Shown in pieces: positions 1 through 8,365 of a DNA stretch of 32,000 nucleotides (within the stretch, counting starts at the first letter, position 1; the number at the start of each line of letters is the position of its first letter). Under the pieces are notes generated by a model, which saw only the letters and a list, made by a program, of their open reading frames with translations, ran no database searches and was not told where the DNA came from. Source of the DNA: Clostridium estertheticum (GTDB lineage Bacteria; Bacillota; Clostridia; Clostridiales; Clostridiaceae); NCBI RefSeq assembly GCF_011065935.2, contig NZ_JAAMNH020000001.1, positions 1,658,489-1,690,488 of the forward strand, read 5' to 3'. Made by a program: the position numbers and the translations under genes.

Positions 1-1
1 A

Positions 2-571
2 CAGTTAAATGCTACTATGGCTTTGCCAGGTCATACAGCAGCTTGGGTAGTAAATCAATCTTCAATAAGTTTACTTGGAAAAGTTGGCGGAGTATTAGCT
101 ATACTTGGAGTTGTAGCTTGTCCTATAACTTCTGGAGATACAGCATTTAGAAGTGCAAGATTAACTATAGCTGATGCATTAAAATTTAATCAAGGTCCTA
201 TTAAAAATAGATTTATGATTAGTATTCCACTATTTGTAGTAGGTTTCATATTAACTAAGATGAATTTTGAAATAATATGGAGATACTTTGGATGGTCTAA
301 CCAGGCACTAGCTACTATAGTATTATGGACAGCAGGTATGTACATGGTTCATATAGGTAAAAAACATTGGATGGCAACGGTGCCAGCTGCATTTATGACA
401 ACAGTATGTACTTCCTACATTTTAATTGCACCAGAGGGCTTTCAGCTTTCTAAAGGCATTTCATACACAGTAGGGATTGTAGCAGGAATTGCAGCTATGG
501 CAATTTTCTTAACTGCAGCAAAAAAGGTAGAAGAAAAAAAAGTAGAAGAAAAAAAAGCCGTTAATATGTAA
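2..571 (+). CDS. cstA: Carbon starvation protein CstA, C-terminal portion (5' end lies outside the window)
   Basis: The frame is open from the window edge to TAA 569-571. The product is polytopic membrane sequence with CstA-like stretches (ITSGDTAFRSARL, WRYFGWSNQALA). A hairpin terminator follows. Confidence 0.8.
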   Translation, partial: QLNATMALPGHTAAWVVNQSSISLLGKVGGVLAILGVVACPITSGDTAFRSARLTIADALKFNQGPIKNRFMISIPLFVVGFILTKMNFEIIWRYFGWSNQALATIVLWTAGMYMVHIGKKHWMATVPAAFMTTVCTSYILIAPEGFQLSKGISYTVGIVAGIAAMAIFLTAAKKVEEKKVEEKKAVNM

Positions 572-599
572 AATTCTTTTCAAGTCACTGAAAAATATA

Positions 600-634
600 A
601 AGGCTGTTAACATAAATATTATGTTAACAGCCTT
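600..634. terminator. Bidirectional rho-independent terminator between convergent cstA and the amidohydrolase gene
   Basis: Perfect 14-bp inverted repeat aaggctgttaacat / atgttaacagcctt with a 7-nt loop, flanked by A/T runs. Confidence 0.8.
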
Positions 635-637
635 TAT

Positions 638-1798
638 TTATATATTTTTTATAATTTCACCATTCACCATTACAAATTCTACTTTACTTCTTAAATCAAA
701 AGGATGTCCACTATATATAACAATATCTGCATCTTTTCCAATTTCTAAGCTTCCAACTTTGCCTTCGATACCAAGTATTTCAGCAGCATTTATAGTAATT
801 GCTTTAAGAGCCTCTTCTTCATCCATGCCTTCTCTCGCAGCAATGCCTGCGCATACTGGAAGGTATTGAAGGGGAATAACGGGATGATCTGTCATTATAG
901 CTACCTTTATACCAGCTTTAGAAAGAATGACCGGGGTTTCAAAGGTTAGATTTTGAAGTTCTACTTTTGATCTATTAGATAATGTTGGTCCTAAGATTAT
1001 ACCCTTTTGAATTCCTTCTTTCAAATAATTTACAATTAAGTGGCCTTCTGTGCAATGATCAAGGGTTATATCTATGTCAAATTCCTTTGCAATTCGAAGC
1101 GCTGTAAGGATATCATCAGCTCTATGAGCATGAGCTTTTAGAGGGATTTGTTTTTTTATAACCTTTGCTAGTGCTTCCATTTTCATGTCGAATTCAGGTA
1201 TTTTATCGGGATTTTCTGTGGCTTTATTTTGTTTTTCTATATACATCTTCGCTTTAAAAAGATTTTCTCGAAGTATAGCAGCAGTAGCCATTCTTGTGCT
1301 TGGAGACTTTTTTAGGGCATGGTATACTCTTTTAGGATTTTCACCAAAAGCTACCTTCATAGCAATGCACTCATTTACAATCATATCATCAATTCTATCT
1401 CCATAGGTTTTAATAACTGCAAACTGACCACCAATTACATTAGCACTACCTGGACCAGTTGCAACAGTTGTTATACCAGCTTCTACTGCATCTTTAAAGC
1501 ATATATCTCTAGGGTTAATAGCATCAATTGCTCTTAAATGAGGGGTGACAGGGTCAACAGCCTCATTACCATCAGCACCTTCAAAGCCCATTCCATCTTC
1601 CCACATTCCAAGGTGGCAGTGAGCATCAATCATCCCTGGCATAACAAATTTACCTTTAGCATCAATTATTTCTGCATTGCCCGGTGGCCTTACGTCATTT
1701 CCAATAGCAATAATTTTATCATGATCAACTAAGATCATTCCATTTTCAAAATTTTCCACAGCCATTGTATGTATATTGGCATTTTTAATTAAAATCAT
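638..1798 (-). CDS. Metal-dependent amidohydrolase family protein
   Basis: 386-aa ORF. It has the N-terminal beta-sandwich pattern (ILIKNANIHTM) and the metal-binding motif PGMIDAHCHLG typical of the amidohydrolase superfamily. SD gaggagg lies upstream of the ATG. Confidence 0.85.
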   Translation of the reverse strand: MILIKNANIHTMAVENFENGMILVDHDKIIAIGNDVRPPGNAEIIDAKGKFVMPGMIDAHCHLGMWEDGMGFEGADGNEAVDPVTPHLRAIDAINPRDICFKDAVEAGITTVATGPGSANVIGGQFAVIKTYGDRIDDMIVNECIAMKVAFGENPKRVYHALKKSPSTRMATAAILRENLFKAKMYIEKQNKATENPDKIPEFDMKMEALAKVIKKQIPLKAHAHRADDILTALRIAKEFDIDITLDHCTEGHLIVNYLKEGIQKGIILGPTLSNRSKVELQNLTFETPVILSKAGIKVAIMTDHPVIPLQYLPVCAGIAAREGMDEEEALKAITINAAEILGIEGKVGSLEIGKDADIVIYSGHPFDLRSKVEFVMVNGEIIKNI

Positions 1799-2148
1799 AT
1801 AAAAACCTCCTCAATTATTAAAACTTAAATGTTACTTAAGCAAAACAAGGTGAAACTATTTATTTCGCTTTCCTAATAGTTTTATATTCAAAACATTATA
1901 TTATCAATATTATAACATATTTTTCTAAATAATATTAAAGATTAATTGTTGAATAGACATAACCATTTTTCAAAAAAACATCATGGTGAAATAAGGAAAA
2001 AACGAATCATAGCGTCAAGCTAATGTTTACGCCAGCTCAACAAGGCCTTATGATAGCCATTCACTTTGCTCAAGACAGCTTTGGAATAGCAACGAATATA
2101 ACATGTTATTGTGCTATTGCAATAGTAGTAGACAAAATTTCAAAAGAT

Positions 2149-2200
2149 AAGTAAGAAAAACTGATTAGAAAGTAGACTTTCTAATCAGTTTTTCTTACTT
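2149..2200. terminator. Very long perfect hairpin (about 24 bp) acting as a bidirectional terminator
   Basis: agtaagaaaaactgattagaaagt / actttctaatcagtttttcttact. It sits between the small plus-strand ORF 2023-2154 and the minus-strand gene 2236-2415. Confidence 0.75.
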
Positions 2201-2235
2201 AATTTAAGCCTAAACAAATTCTATTAAAACTTTAG

Positions 2236-2415
2236 TTATCTTCTGTGCTCTACAAGGTCAATGGCTCCTAACACTATATGAGCCAGGCCAAATCCAATAA
2301 CACCTGCTTCAATCATAGGAAGCACATTTTTCTTTCTCATATTATTTCTTGAAAGTGTTGCACCCGCAGCAGTTACAACAGTACCTAACATAGTTGGAAT
2401 TAAGCCTTCGCGCAT
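2236..2415 (-). CDS. Small hydrophobic/membrane protein (59 aa), function unknown
   Basis: Hand translation gives MREGLIPTMLGTVVTAAGATLSRNNMRKKNVLPMIEAGVIGFGLAHIVLGAIDLVEHRR. There is a strong SD (agggagg) 7 nt upstream of the ATG at 2415, and the product has two hydrophobic segments. It falls below the ORF-track length cutoff. Confidence 0.6.
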   Translation of the reverse strand: MREGLIPTMLGTVVTAAGATLSRNNMRKKNVLPMIEAGVIGFGLAHIVLGAIDLVEHRR

Positions 2416-2517
2416 ATTAAAAACCTCCCTTTTTTATTTTATGTTATTATCTTTTACAAATGTGAGATTTTTAATACTGCAAAATATATAGAATATATGC
2501 TTTATATTTCTAACGAA

Positions 2518-3435
2518 TTAATCATTATCAGTCATTTTAACATATTTTACACTCTTATTTTTAGCATCCTTCATGTTGTTTTTGATTTCATTTGAAGAAA
2601 CAAATTTTTTAATGGCAGATGAACTACTATTAGGATTTTTGTTTTCAGATTTATCATTTTTGTTAATTTTATTTTCTTTATTTTTAATTGTTTTATTTTT
2701 AATTTCGGAGGATTTCTCTTTTATTTTATTAGTATTATTCTCTACTGAAGGTTTTTTAAGGGAATCTTTTACAGCATCTTCATTTTTAATAGTGGAACCT
2801 TTTTTTATACTATTATTATTTAAATTAGCAGTATCTATTTTTTTATTATTAATTGTAATATCAATTCGTTTATTATTGCTTGAAGAAGCATTAATTATAA
2901 TTTTTAGATTATTATTATCTATAATATTTTTAAAGTTAGAAATATCTATAGAGTTATCACTATTAACTTTAATATCAACACTAATAATTTTTTTATAATT
3001 TACATATTCAGTGTTTATAAAATTTTCAGCTTTAGATTCTTTAATTAAAAGCTCAAGGCCCGTATCTATAGATTTATTTTTTAGTTTAACATTACGAAGT
3101 ATTAGGGAACCATCTGAATTTAATGCTTTGAAACTAATAATTTTATTCCATCTGTTAGCTTTAAGAGAAACAGATGGGTTAATACTGAGAACTATAGTTG
3201 TAACTGGAGCATAGTAAGCATATGCAAAAGAGCTAGAAATAAGTATAAACATTAGTGAAGCGGCAATTATGGCATACTTGTAGTTAAATAAGTTTTTCTT
3301 ATATAATTCTCCTCTATGGATTGAGCCTATCTTAGGCAATACTTTGCCAATCCTTATATATACGAATTCTCCACGGTCGGTCATAATGCCAGCCTTCTTA
3401 TTAATAATAGATATTACAATACCTGTTTTAATCAT
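2518..3435 (-). CDS. rsgI: Anti-sigma-I factor RsgI-like protein (N-terminal anti-sigma domain, one TM helix, Asn/Lys-rich extracytoplasmic tail)
   Basis: The N-terminus MIKTGIVISIINKKAGIMTDRGEFVYIRI matches the RsgI N-terminal anti-sigma domain pattern. A TM segment follows (AIIAASLMFILISSSFAYAYY). The start overlaps the sigI stop by 8 nt, indicating translational coupling. Confidence 0.75.
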   Translation of the reverse strand: MIKTGIVISIINKKAGIMTDRGEFVYIRIGKVLPKIGSIHRGELYKKNLFNYKYAIIAASLMFILISSSFAYAYYAPVTTIVLSINPSVSLKANRWNKIISFKALNSDGSLILRNVKLKNKSIDTGLELLIKESKAENFINTEYVNYKKIISVDIKVNSDNSIDISNFKNIIDNNNLKIIINASSSNNKRIDITINNKKIDTANLNNNSIKKGSTIKNEDAVKDSLKKPSVENNTNKIKEKSSEIKNKTIKNKENKINKNDKSENKNPNSSSSAIKKFVSSNEIKNNMKDAKNKSVKYVKMTDND

Positions 3436-4177
3436 TTAATTCACCCTCTTTAATATTTAGATAAGATTTTAAATACACATATTCTGGATTTATAAGTATC
3501 AATATTAAAGAAATTATATATATTCGCCATTTTTCAATTAATTTTCTATTTGAGGCAGTTAATATCATTATTTCCTTAGTTGGAAGCCTTCTTTTGGTCT
3601 TTAAATGATTAAGTATTGATTCTTCTCTAGCGCATAAAAAGGCAATATTCAATAAATTGTCTCTAGTATCCTTGTGAGAAGGAGATAAATTAATAAGAGA
3701 ATCAAAATTGATTTTATATTTTAATAACTCTTCTGAAAATAAATTTATTTCATCAGCTCTAAATTCATTCTCAATTTTAATTTCAAAATCGTTAATAGAA
3801 TTTTTCCCATCTATATAATCCACATTGCCCATACTGTTATCAAAGATTAAAATTGGAGAAGTTTTATTTTTTCTGAAAAAATCTATAAGTGCGTTTTTAA
3901 TAATAACTTTACCAAAACCATAAAAATTACCTTTAGTTTTATCATATTTATCACAGGCCATGTTAAAAGCCATAAGAGAGATACTAAGCTCTTCATCATT
4001 TTCCCAAATTAAATGCCTTTTGCAGATTTTACTTGTAGTTGAGTAAATAAAACCTTTGTTCGCCTCAATAAAATTGTCGCGATTTTCGGAAATTAAAGCA
4101 TCTATATTAAAACTTTGTTCTTCATCTAAAACCACGACTGTTTTTTTATTTTTATGAAAAAGAAGTTTTAAGTTCAT
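3428..4177 (-). CDS. sigI: RNA polymerase sigma factor SigI
   Basis: 249 aa with SigI-type region 2 (SISLMAFNMACDKYDKTKGNFYGFGKVIIKNALIDFFRK) and a C-terminal region 4-like HTH. It lies directly upstream of, and is coupled to, an rsgI-like gene. Confidence 0.8.
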   Translation of the reverse strand: MNLKLLFHKNKKTVVVLDEEQSFNIDALISENRDNFIEANKGFIYSTTSKICKRHLIWENDEELSISLMAFNMACDKYDKTKGNFYGFGKVIIKNALIDFFRKNKTSPILIFDNSMGNVDYIDGKNSINDFEIKIENEFRADEINLFSEELLKYKINFDSLINLSPSHKDTRDNLLNIAFLCAREESILNHLKTKRRLPTKEIMILTASNRKLIEKWRIYIISLILILINPEYVYLKSYLNIKEGELND

Positions 4178-4267
4178 TTGTCCACCCCTTATATTCTGTA
4201 TACGTAAATACTATCAATTTTAAGAGGGAAAAGAAACATAAATATATTTTTAAAGGAAATATAAAAT

Positions 4268-4297
4268 ACCCCCTAATAAATATTAAGATGTTTCGTA
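4268..4297 (+). promoter_or_regulatory. Candidate sigma-I-type promoter (C-rich -35 ACCCCC, -10 CGTA) upstream of the DUF5667-like gene
   Basis: ACCCCC lies at 4268-4273 and CGTA at 4294-4297, about 80 nt before ATG 4376. Published sigma-I promoters have a C-tract -35 and a CGWA -10. The 20-nt spacer here may be too long, so confidence is low. Confidence 0.25.
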
Positions 4298-4375
4298 TAT
4301 ATAAGCGAAAAGAAAAATATGGGATAATAATTAATAATTGCTGTCTACATAAGAACAATACGAGGAGGAATTAAA

Positions 4376-5335
4376 ATGAAAAAAGTAGCTATTTTAGTTG
4401 CAGCCATAGCATTTACAGTAAGCATAAATACAAAGGTGTTTGCAACAGGTGTTCAAAATCCAGTTACTACAAGTACTAATACAAACATAAGCGAGGGTGT
4501 TAATAAGGATACAGGAATTATGCCAGATAGTATGTTTTATTTCATTGATAAGGCATTTGATAATCTTAAAGTATTTTTAACCTTTGATGATGCAAAGAAG
4601 GCAGAAATAATTTCACAAATAGCAAATGAAAGAATAGCTGAGTATGACAGTATGACAGAAAAACAGAAATATGATTTGGCACAAAATATAATTAAAGAAT
4701 TAGATAAGTTAAGTGGAAAATTAGATGTGTTACAAGAAGATAATAATAATAATAATAATGAAGTTAATATAGAACATAAGGCAGCAGTAGCTAATATGGT
4801 AGAAAAAAGACATCTATTAAATACAGCAAGACAAGAATATCAATCAGTAATGGTTGATTTAAAACAAGCTAAAAAATCTGGTGATGAAGTGGCTATAAAA
4901 GATGCGCAGGAACTACTAAAAGTAAAAGAAGATTTGTATAAAAAGGCTAAAGAAGCATCCACTACAGCTTTTGAGGAAATGAAAGCAGTTAAAAATGATA
5001 CTGTGAAAAGTGATGAAAAGATAGAAAATAAGAAAGAACAAGTAAAGAAAGTAACAAAAGATAAGATTGAAGTTGAAAAAGTACAAGTAGCCAAAGAAGC
5101 CAAAGAAGCCAAAGAAGCTAAAGAAGTAGAAGAAGCTAAAGATGTAAAAGAAGTAAAAGAAGTAAAAGAAGTTAAAAGTGATGTTAAAGAGAAATTAGCA
5201 AATATAGAAATTAGAAATGAGAATAAAAGAGAAGAAATAAAAGAAAAATTAGCAAATATACAAATTAAAAATGAAAATAAAAAAGAAGAAATAAAAGAGA
5301 AAACAAATGAAATTAAAGAAAATAAAAAGAACTAA
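4376..5335 (+). CDS. Secreted coiled-coil Lys/Glu-rich protein with a DUF5667-like N-terminal domain
   Basis: It has a signal peptide (MKKVAILVAAIAFTVSINTKVFA). The motif MPDSMFYFIDKAFDNLKVFLTFDDAKKAEI resembles DUF5667. The C-terminal half is KEAKEAKE/KEVKEV repeats. SD gaggagg lies upstream. Confidence 0.7.
   Translation: MKKVAILVAAIAFTVSINTKVFATGVQNPVTTSTNTNISEGVNKDTGIMPDSMFYFIDKAFDNLKVFLTFDDAKKAEIISQIANERIAEYDSMTEKQKYDLAQNIIKELDKLSGKLDVLQEDNNNNNNEVNIEHKAAVANMVEKRHLLNTARQEYQSVMVDLKQAKKSGDEVAIKDAQELLKVKEDLYKKAKEASTTAFEEMKAVKNDTVKSDEKIENKKEQVKKVTKDKIEVEKVQVAKEAKEAKEAKEVEEAKDVKEVKEVKEVKSDVKEKLANIEIRNENKREEIKEKLANIQIKNENKKEEIKEKTNEIKENKKN
5090..5179 (+). repeat. In-frame 9-nt tandem repeat (about 10 units; gccaaagaa / gtaaaagaa) encoding (AKE)n/(VKE)n
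   Basis: Read directly from the sequence: gccaaagaa x3, gctaaagaa, gtagaagaa, gctaaagat, gtaaaagaa x3, gttaaaagt. Confidence 0.9.
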
Positions 5336-5384
5336 ATAGAAGATTAGTTATTAGTTATTTAGAATAAAAGTTATCATCTAGGTA

Positions 5385-5425
5385 AAAATAAGATATTGTA
5401 ATAGATTATTACAATATCTTATTTT
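5385..5425 (+). terminator. Rho-independent terminator of the 4376-5335 gene
   Basis: 18-bp perfect stem aaaataagatattgtaat / attacaatatcttatttt with loop agatt. Confidence 0.75.
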
Positions 5426-5451
5426 AAGTTAGAGGAGGAAAATAAAAGTTT

Positions 5452-5610
5452 ATGAGAAAAACAAAATTACCAAAAGGACAGCATGAAGAACAAGTTGAAA
5501 ATGTAAAAAATATGTTACAAAGAGGCATGGGGCTTATTGAAGTTTTAGGCTTAACAAGTTTAAATGAAGAGGAAGTAATAGGAATTAATGATGAACTTAG
5601 AGGTGAATAG
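5452..5610 (+). CDS. Small hypothetical protein (52 aa), possibly HTH-like
   Basis: Hand translation gives MRKTKLPKGQHEEQVENVKNMLQRGMGLIEVLGLTSLNEEEVIGINDELRGE. SD ggaggaa lies upstream of the ATG, and a GC-rich terminator follows directly. I prefer it over the antisense track ORF 5424-5615. Confidence 0.55.
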   Translation: MRKTKLPKGQHEEQVENVKNMLQRGMGLIEVLGLTSLNEEEVIGINDELRGE

Positions 5611-5621
5611 TACAAATTAAA

Positions 5622-5644
5622 ATGACGGGGAGTTCCCCCGTCAT
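5622..5644. terminator. Bidirectional terminator (tgacgggg agttc ccccgtca)
   Basis: GC-rich 8-bp stem flanked by A-run and T-run, lying between convergent genes. Confidence 0.8.
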
Positions 5645-5890
5645 TTATTTATTATTAATCCCTGCAACAAAATTTAATTCCCGAGCAGCGGCTAAAACTT
5701 GTTCCTTATCCACAGTACAAGCAGCAGTGGAAAGACCATGTTTTTCAAGAATTCTAGTTATCTCCTCATGAGTAATGGCAGTAGAAGGAGATTCGCCTTG
5801 TATTCGTAAATCTAAGTCATTATTATCACGTTTAAAAGATACAAAATATTCACCTGCATCATTTTTGTCTATTATAAAACCTTTAGCCAT
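5645..5890 (-). CDS. Hypothetical protein (81 aa)
   Basis: Clean ORF with SD (aaggggg) upstream and a terminator downstream. I do not recognise a family. Confidence 0.6.
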   Translation of the reverse strand: MAKGFIIDKNDAGEYFVSFKRDNNDLDLRIQGESPSTAITHEEITRILEKHGLSTAACTVDKEQVLAAARELNFVAGINNK

Positions 5891-6053
5891 AATTATGCCC
5901 CCTTTTTTTACACAAATAGTACAATTATAGTATAATGCACAGCTAACTAATTTTCAAAGCATTTTATTTGCTAAATAAAATGTATTAAACAAAATATTAT
6001 GTAAAAGATAATAAAGGTAATAAGTAAGTAAAGAAAATTCAGGAGGGAAAATT

Positions 6054-6158
6054 ATGCCGAAAAAAGGAATGAGTAGACCACAAGTTCAGCCTAAAGGGGA
6101 TAATAATAAGAAAATGAAAGATCAGGACGCAAAAAGAGTTCCTGAAGTAGGGAAATAA
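6054..6158 (+). CDS. Small basic hypothetical protein (34 aa)
   Basis: Hand translation gives MPKKGMSRPQVQPKGDNNKKMKDQDAKRVPEVGK. SD aggaggg has a 7-nt spacer, and a terminator hairpin lies at 6167-6197. Confidence 0.5.
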   Translation: MPKKGMSRPQVQPKGDNNKKMKDQDAKRVPEVGK

Positions 6159-6166
6159 AAAACATG

Positions 6167-6197
6167 AAAAAACTGCTTATTTTATAGGCAGTTTTTT
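6167..6197 (+). terminator. Rho-independent terminator
   Basis: Stem aaaaaactgc / gcagtttttt followed by a T-run. Confidence 0.65.
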
Positions 6198-6378
6198 TAT
6201 TATGTTTTAGAATACTTGCTATTTATGAAACCTTTGTTTTCATAGGACGGGCTTTCATACATAGAGTTTAAAACCTTAGACTATTTTAGTTTTTATTTAA
6301 CAAAAATACATTCATTTAGCATTATTACATTGATTTTACATTAAAAAGTAAGTATAATGCGTGGTGGAGGTGTACAAC

Positions 6379-7650
6379 ATGAAAACACATAAAATTACAA
6401 AAGAACTTCTATTTTTTGTCATGATTTTAATATTCTTAATACCTATTAAAGCTTTTGGTGCTGAAGAAAAAAAAATGCAAGAAGTTAACAAGGACAAGAT
6501 ATGGAGTATAAACTTTAATGACTCTGTTTTATTAGATGAAATATCCAAAGAAAGTATATACATATTAGATGATATGGAGAAAAAGGTTGATATTACTTTA
6601 GAATTAAGTAATGATGGAAAAACTATTTTAGTAAAACCACCCAAGCAAGGTTATGAACCAGGGAAAAACTATGTATTACAAATAAACAATCAAATACATA
6701 ATGCTGCTGGTGAAACTATAATAGGACCAATTAGTTTTAAATTTACAATAGAAAGGCCCGTGTACATAGTAAAAGTAAACAATATAAATTTATCTGTAAA
6801 ACAAGGACAAGCATTTACTCTTCAGGAAAAAGTAACAGTAGATCTAAGCAATGGTGGAAGAGTGGATAAAGGTGTTTTATGGAATACTACAAATGTAGAT
6901 ACAACTAAAGCTGGCACATATACATTTGAGGGAAATGTAGAAGGATATGATGATAAGGTAAGCTTAACTTTAAATATAATAATAGACTATAACTATCTTG
7001 TAAAACCATCAATTGTGGTTGCAGAATTAACATGGGATTCGTATTTTTATAATGATATGTCTTTATATTCTCAAAGATTAGGTATAGCTAAAAAAGGAAG
7101 TAAAGTTGAAATTATAGTGGATAAATCCTTTGAATGGTATTATATAAGAACTAAAGAGGGCAAATATGGATGGCTCAAGAGAAATACATTAATAATACCT
7201 AAAGATCCAGAAACGAATACAAAAAAACTAACTAAAATGGAGTTAGAGGGATATGTGAATTTAATGAAATTTAATAGCTCTACTGTATATTTTATTTGGG
7301 TAGACATTAGTCATCAAAATGTTAATGTATTTCAAGGAACCAAGGGCAACTATAAACTCCTAAAAACTATGAGTTGCGCAACAGGAAAAAATATATCACC
7401 TACAATTAGAGGTTCTTTTACTATTCAAGATAGGGGGCCATGGTTCTATACAGGTAAGAGTGGAGCTAGGTATTGGGTACGTTTTAGTGGAGCTTATCTA
7501 TTTCATTCCATAGCTATGGATGCAAATAAAAATGTTAAAGATTATACATTAGGAAAAAGAGCATCTGAAGGATGTGTTAGACTTTCGATTATTGATAGTA
7601 AGTGGGTGTATGATAATATGCCTTATGGTACAAATGTATGGGTTAATTAA
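6379..7650 (+). CDS. L,D-transpeptidase (YkuD domain) with N-terminal signal/anchor, Ig-like and SH3b-like domains
   Basis: The C-terminal YkuD catalytic region has LFHSI...GKRASEGCVRL (His and Ser-x-Gly-Cys-x-Arg). An SH3-like segment is present (KGSKVEIIVDKSFEWYYIRTKEGKYGWL). I prefer ATG 6379, which has SD ggtggagg 7 nt upstream, over the track's GTG 6361. Confidence 0.85.
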   Translation: MKTHKITKELLFFVMILIFLIPIKAFGAEEKKMQEVNKDKIWSINFNDSVLLDEISKESIYILDDMEKKVDITLELSNDGKTILVKPPKQGYEPGKNYVLQINNQIHNAAGETIIGPISFKFTIERPVYIVKVNNINLSVKQGQAFTLQEKVTVDLSNGGRVDKGVLWNTTNVDTTKAGTYTFEGNVEGYDDKVSLTLNIIIDYNYLVKPSIVVAELTWDSYFYNDMSLYSQRLGIAKKGSKVEIIVDKSFEWYYIRTKEGKYGWLKRNTLIIPKDPETNTKKLTKMELEGYVNLMKFNSSTVYFIWVDISHQNVNVFQGTKGNYKLLKTMSCATGKNISPTIRGSFTIQDRGPWFYTGKSGARYWVRFSGAYLFHSIAMDANKNVKDYTLGKRASEGCVRLSIIDSKWVYDNMPYGTNVWVN

Positions 7651-7707
7651 CCCATTGTAAGGTAAATAAGTGTAAACTAATATTTTTTTAAATTGGCTTA
7701 AAGCAAA

Positions 7708-7748
7708 TTAAACACCAGGCTCTAAAATTATCTGAACCTGGTGTTTAA
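7708..7748. terminator. Bidirectional terminator (ttaaacaccagg ... cctggtgtttaa)
   Basis: 12-bp perfect inverted repeat between convergent genes. Confidence 0.75.
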
Positions 7749-7787
7749 CTATCATTAAGGCTTTAATTGCAGCTTTAAAATTAAATG

Positions 7788-8201
7788 TTATTCATATAAC
7801 CCAAATCCAGTAATAACAAGTGTATCCCAATCAGTTTCTTCATTTTTAATCCAATTGTATTCAATGCAAAGTTGCTTTAACCATGCATTAAGGCCACTAC
7901 TTTTTTTACTGGCATTTGGAGCTTGTCTACCGAAACTTTCTTTTATGGTTTCAAGTAATTCTATTTGGTCGTCTTTTTCCATCTCTTTATCTAACATTTC
8001 TTCTATAACATCACAACATTCTTCATAACATTTTTTGTCCTCAGCATACAATTCATCTGCGAGTAACTGACGTTTATTATTTAGTGTATCTCGGACAGTA
8101 TTAATTTCTTCTAAATTTGATAAGTATTTTTTAGCTATGTTCATAGCGGCAATATCATTATCTATTCTAATTATTGCTCTTTCTAATTTTGCATTTCTCA
8201 T
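7788..8201 (-). CDS. Hypothetical protein (137 aa), predicted helical/acidic
   Basis: Clean ORF. I do not recognise a family. Confidence 0.55.
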   Translation of the reverse strand: MRNAKLERAIIRIDNDIAAMNIAKKYLSNLEEINTVRDTLNNKRQLLADELYAEDKKCYEECCDVIEEMLDKEMEKDDQIELLETIKESFGRQAPNASKKSSGLNAWLKQLCIEYNWIKNEETDWDTLVITGFGLYE

Positions 8202-8365
8202 TTTAATCTTCTCACTTTACATTTTTTATTTAGTCATTGATTAAGGCATCTTGAAAAAATAACTAGAAAAATGCTTGTTATTTTCTTCAAGATGCCTAAT
8301 GACAATAAATCAATTATATCATAAATTCACTATGATACAAAACACTCTCTTTATATTCTTATAAA

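Noticed and set aside
621-1732. Several plus-strand ORFs (621-869, 1185-1406, 1319-1537, 1538-1732).
   Set aside because: All are antisense to, and nested in, the well-supported amidohydrolase gene. The same reasoning applies to the antisense ORFs inside the suf genes, clpA, motA, the MFS gene, ydcF, the GDPD gene and the MBL gene.
4152-4358. 68-aa minus-strand ORF in the sigI / DUF5667 divergent intergenic region.
   Set aside because: It overlaps the sigI start and promoter region, has an AT-driven Phe/Ile/Leu-rich composition, and has no SD.
5424-5615. 63-aa minus-strand track ORF.
   Set aside because: It has no SD and a low-complexity Ser/Phe-rich product. The plus strand here has an SD-preceded 52-codon ORF followed by a terminator, which explains the region better.
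6361-6378. The track start codons for the L,D-transpeptidase (GTG 6361), clpS (TTG 25578) and clpA (25874).
   Set aside because: In each case a downstream ATG with a properly spaced SD gives a sensible N-terminus: ATG 6379 (signal peptide MKTHKITKELLFF), ATG 25605 (MSEQNIF) and ATG 25925 (MQLDNIVNEII). The upstream extensions overlap the SD sequences or the preceding gene.
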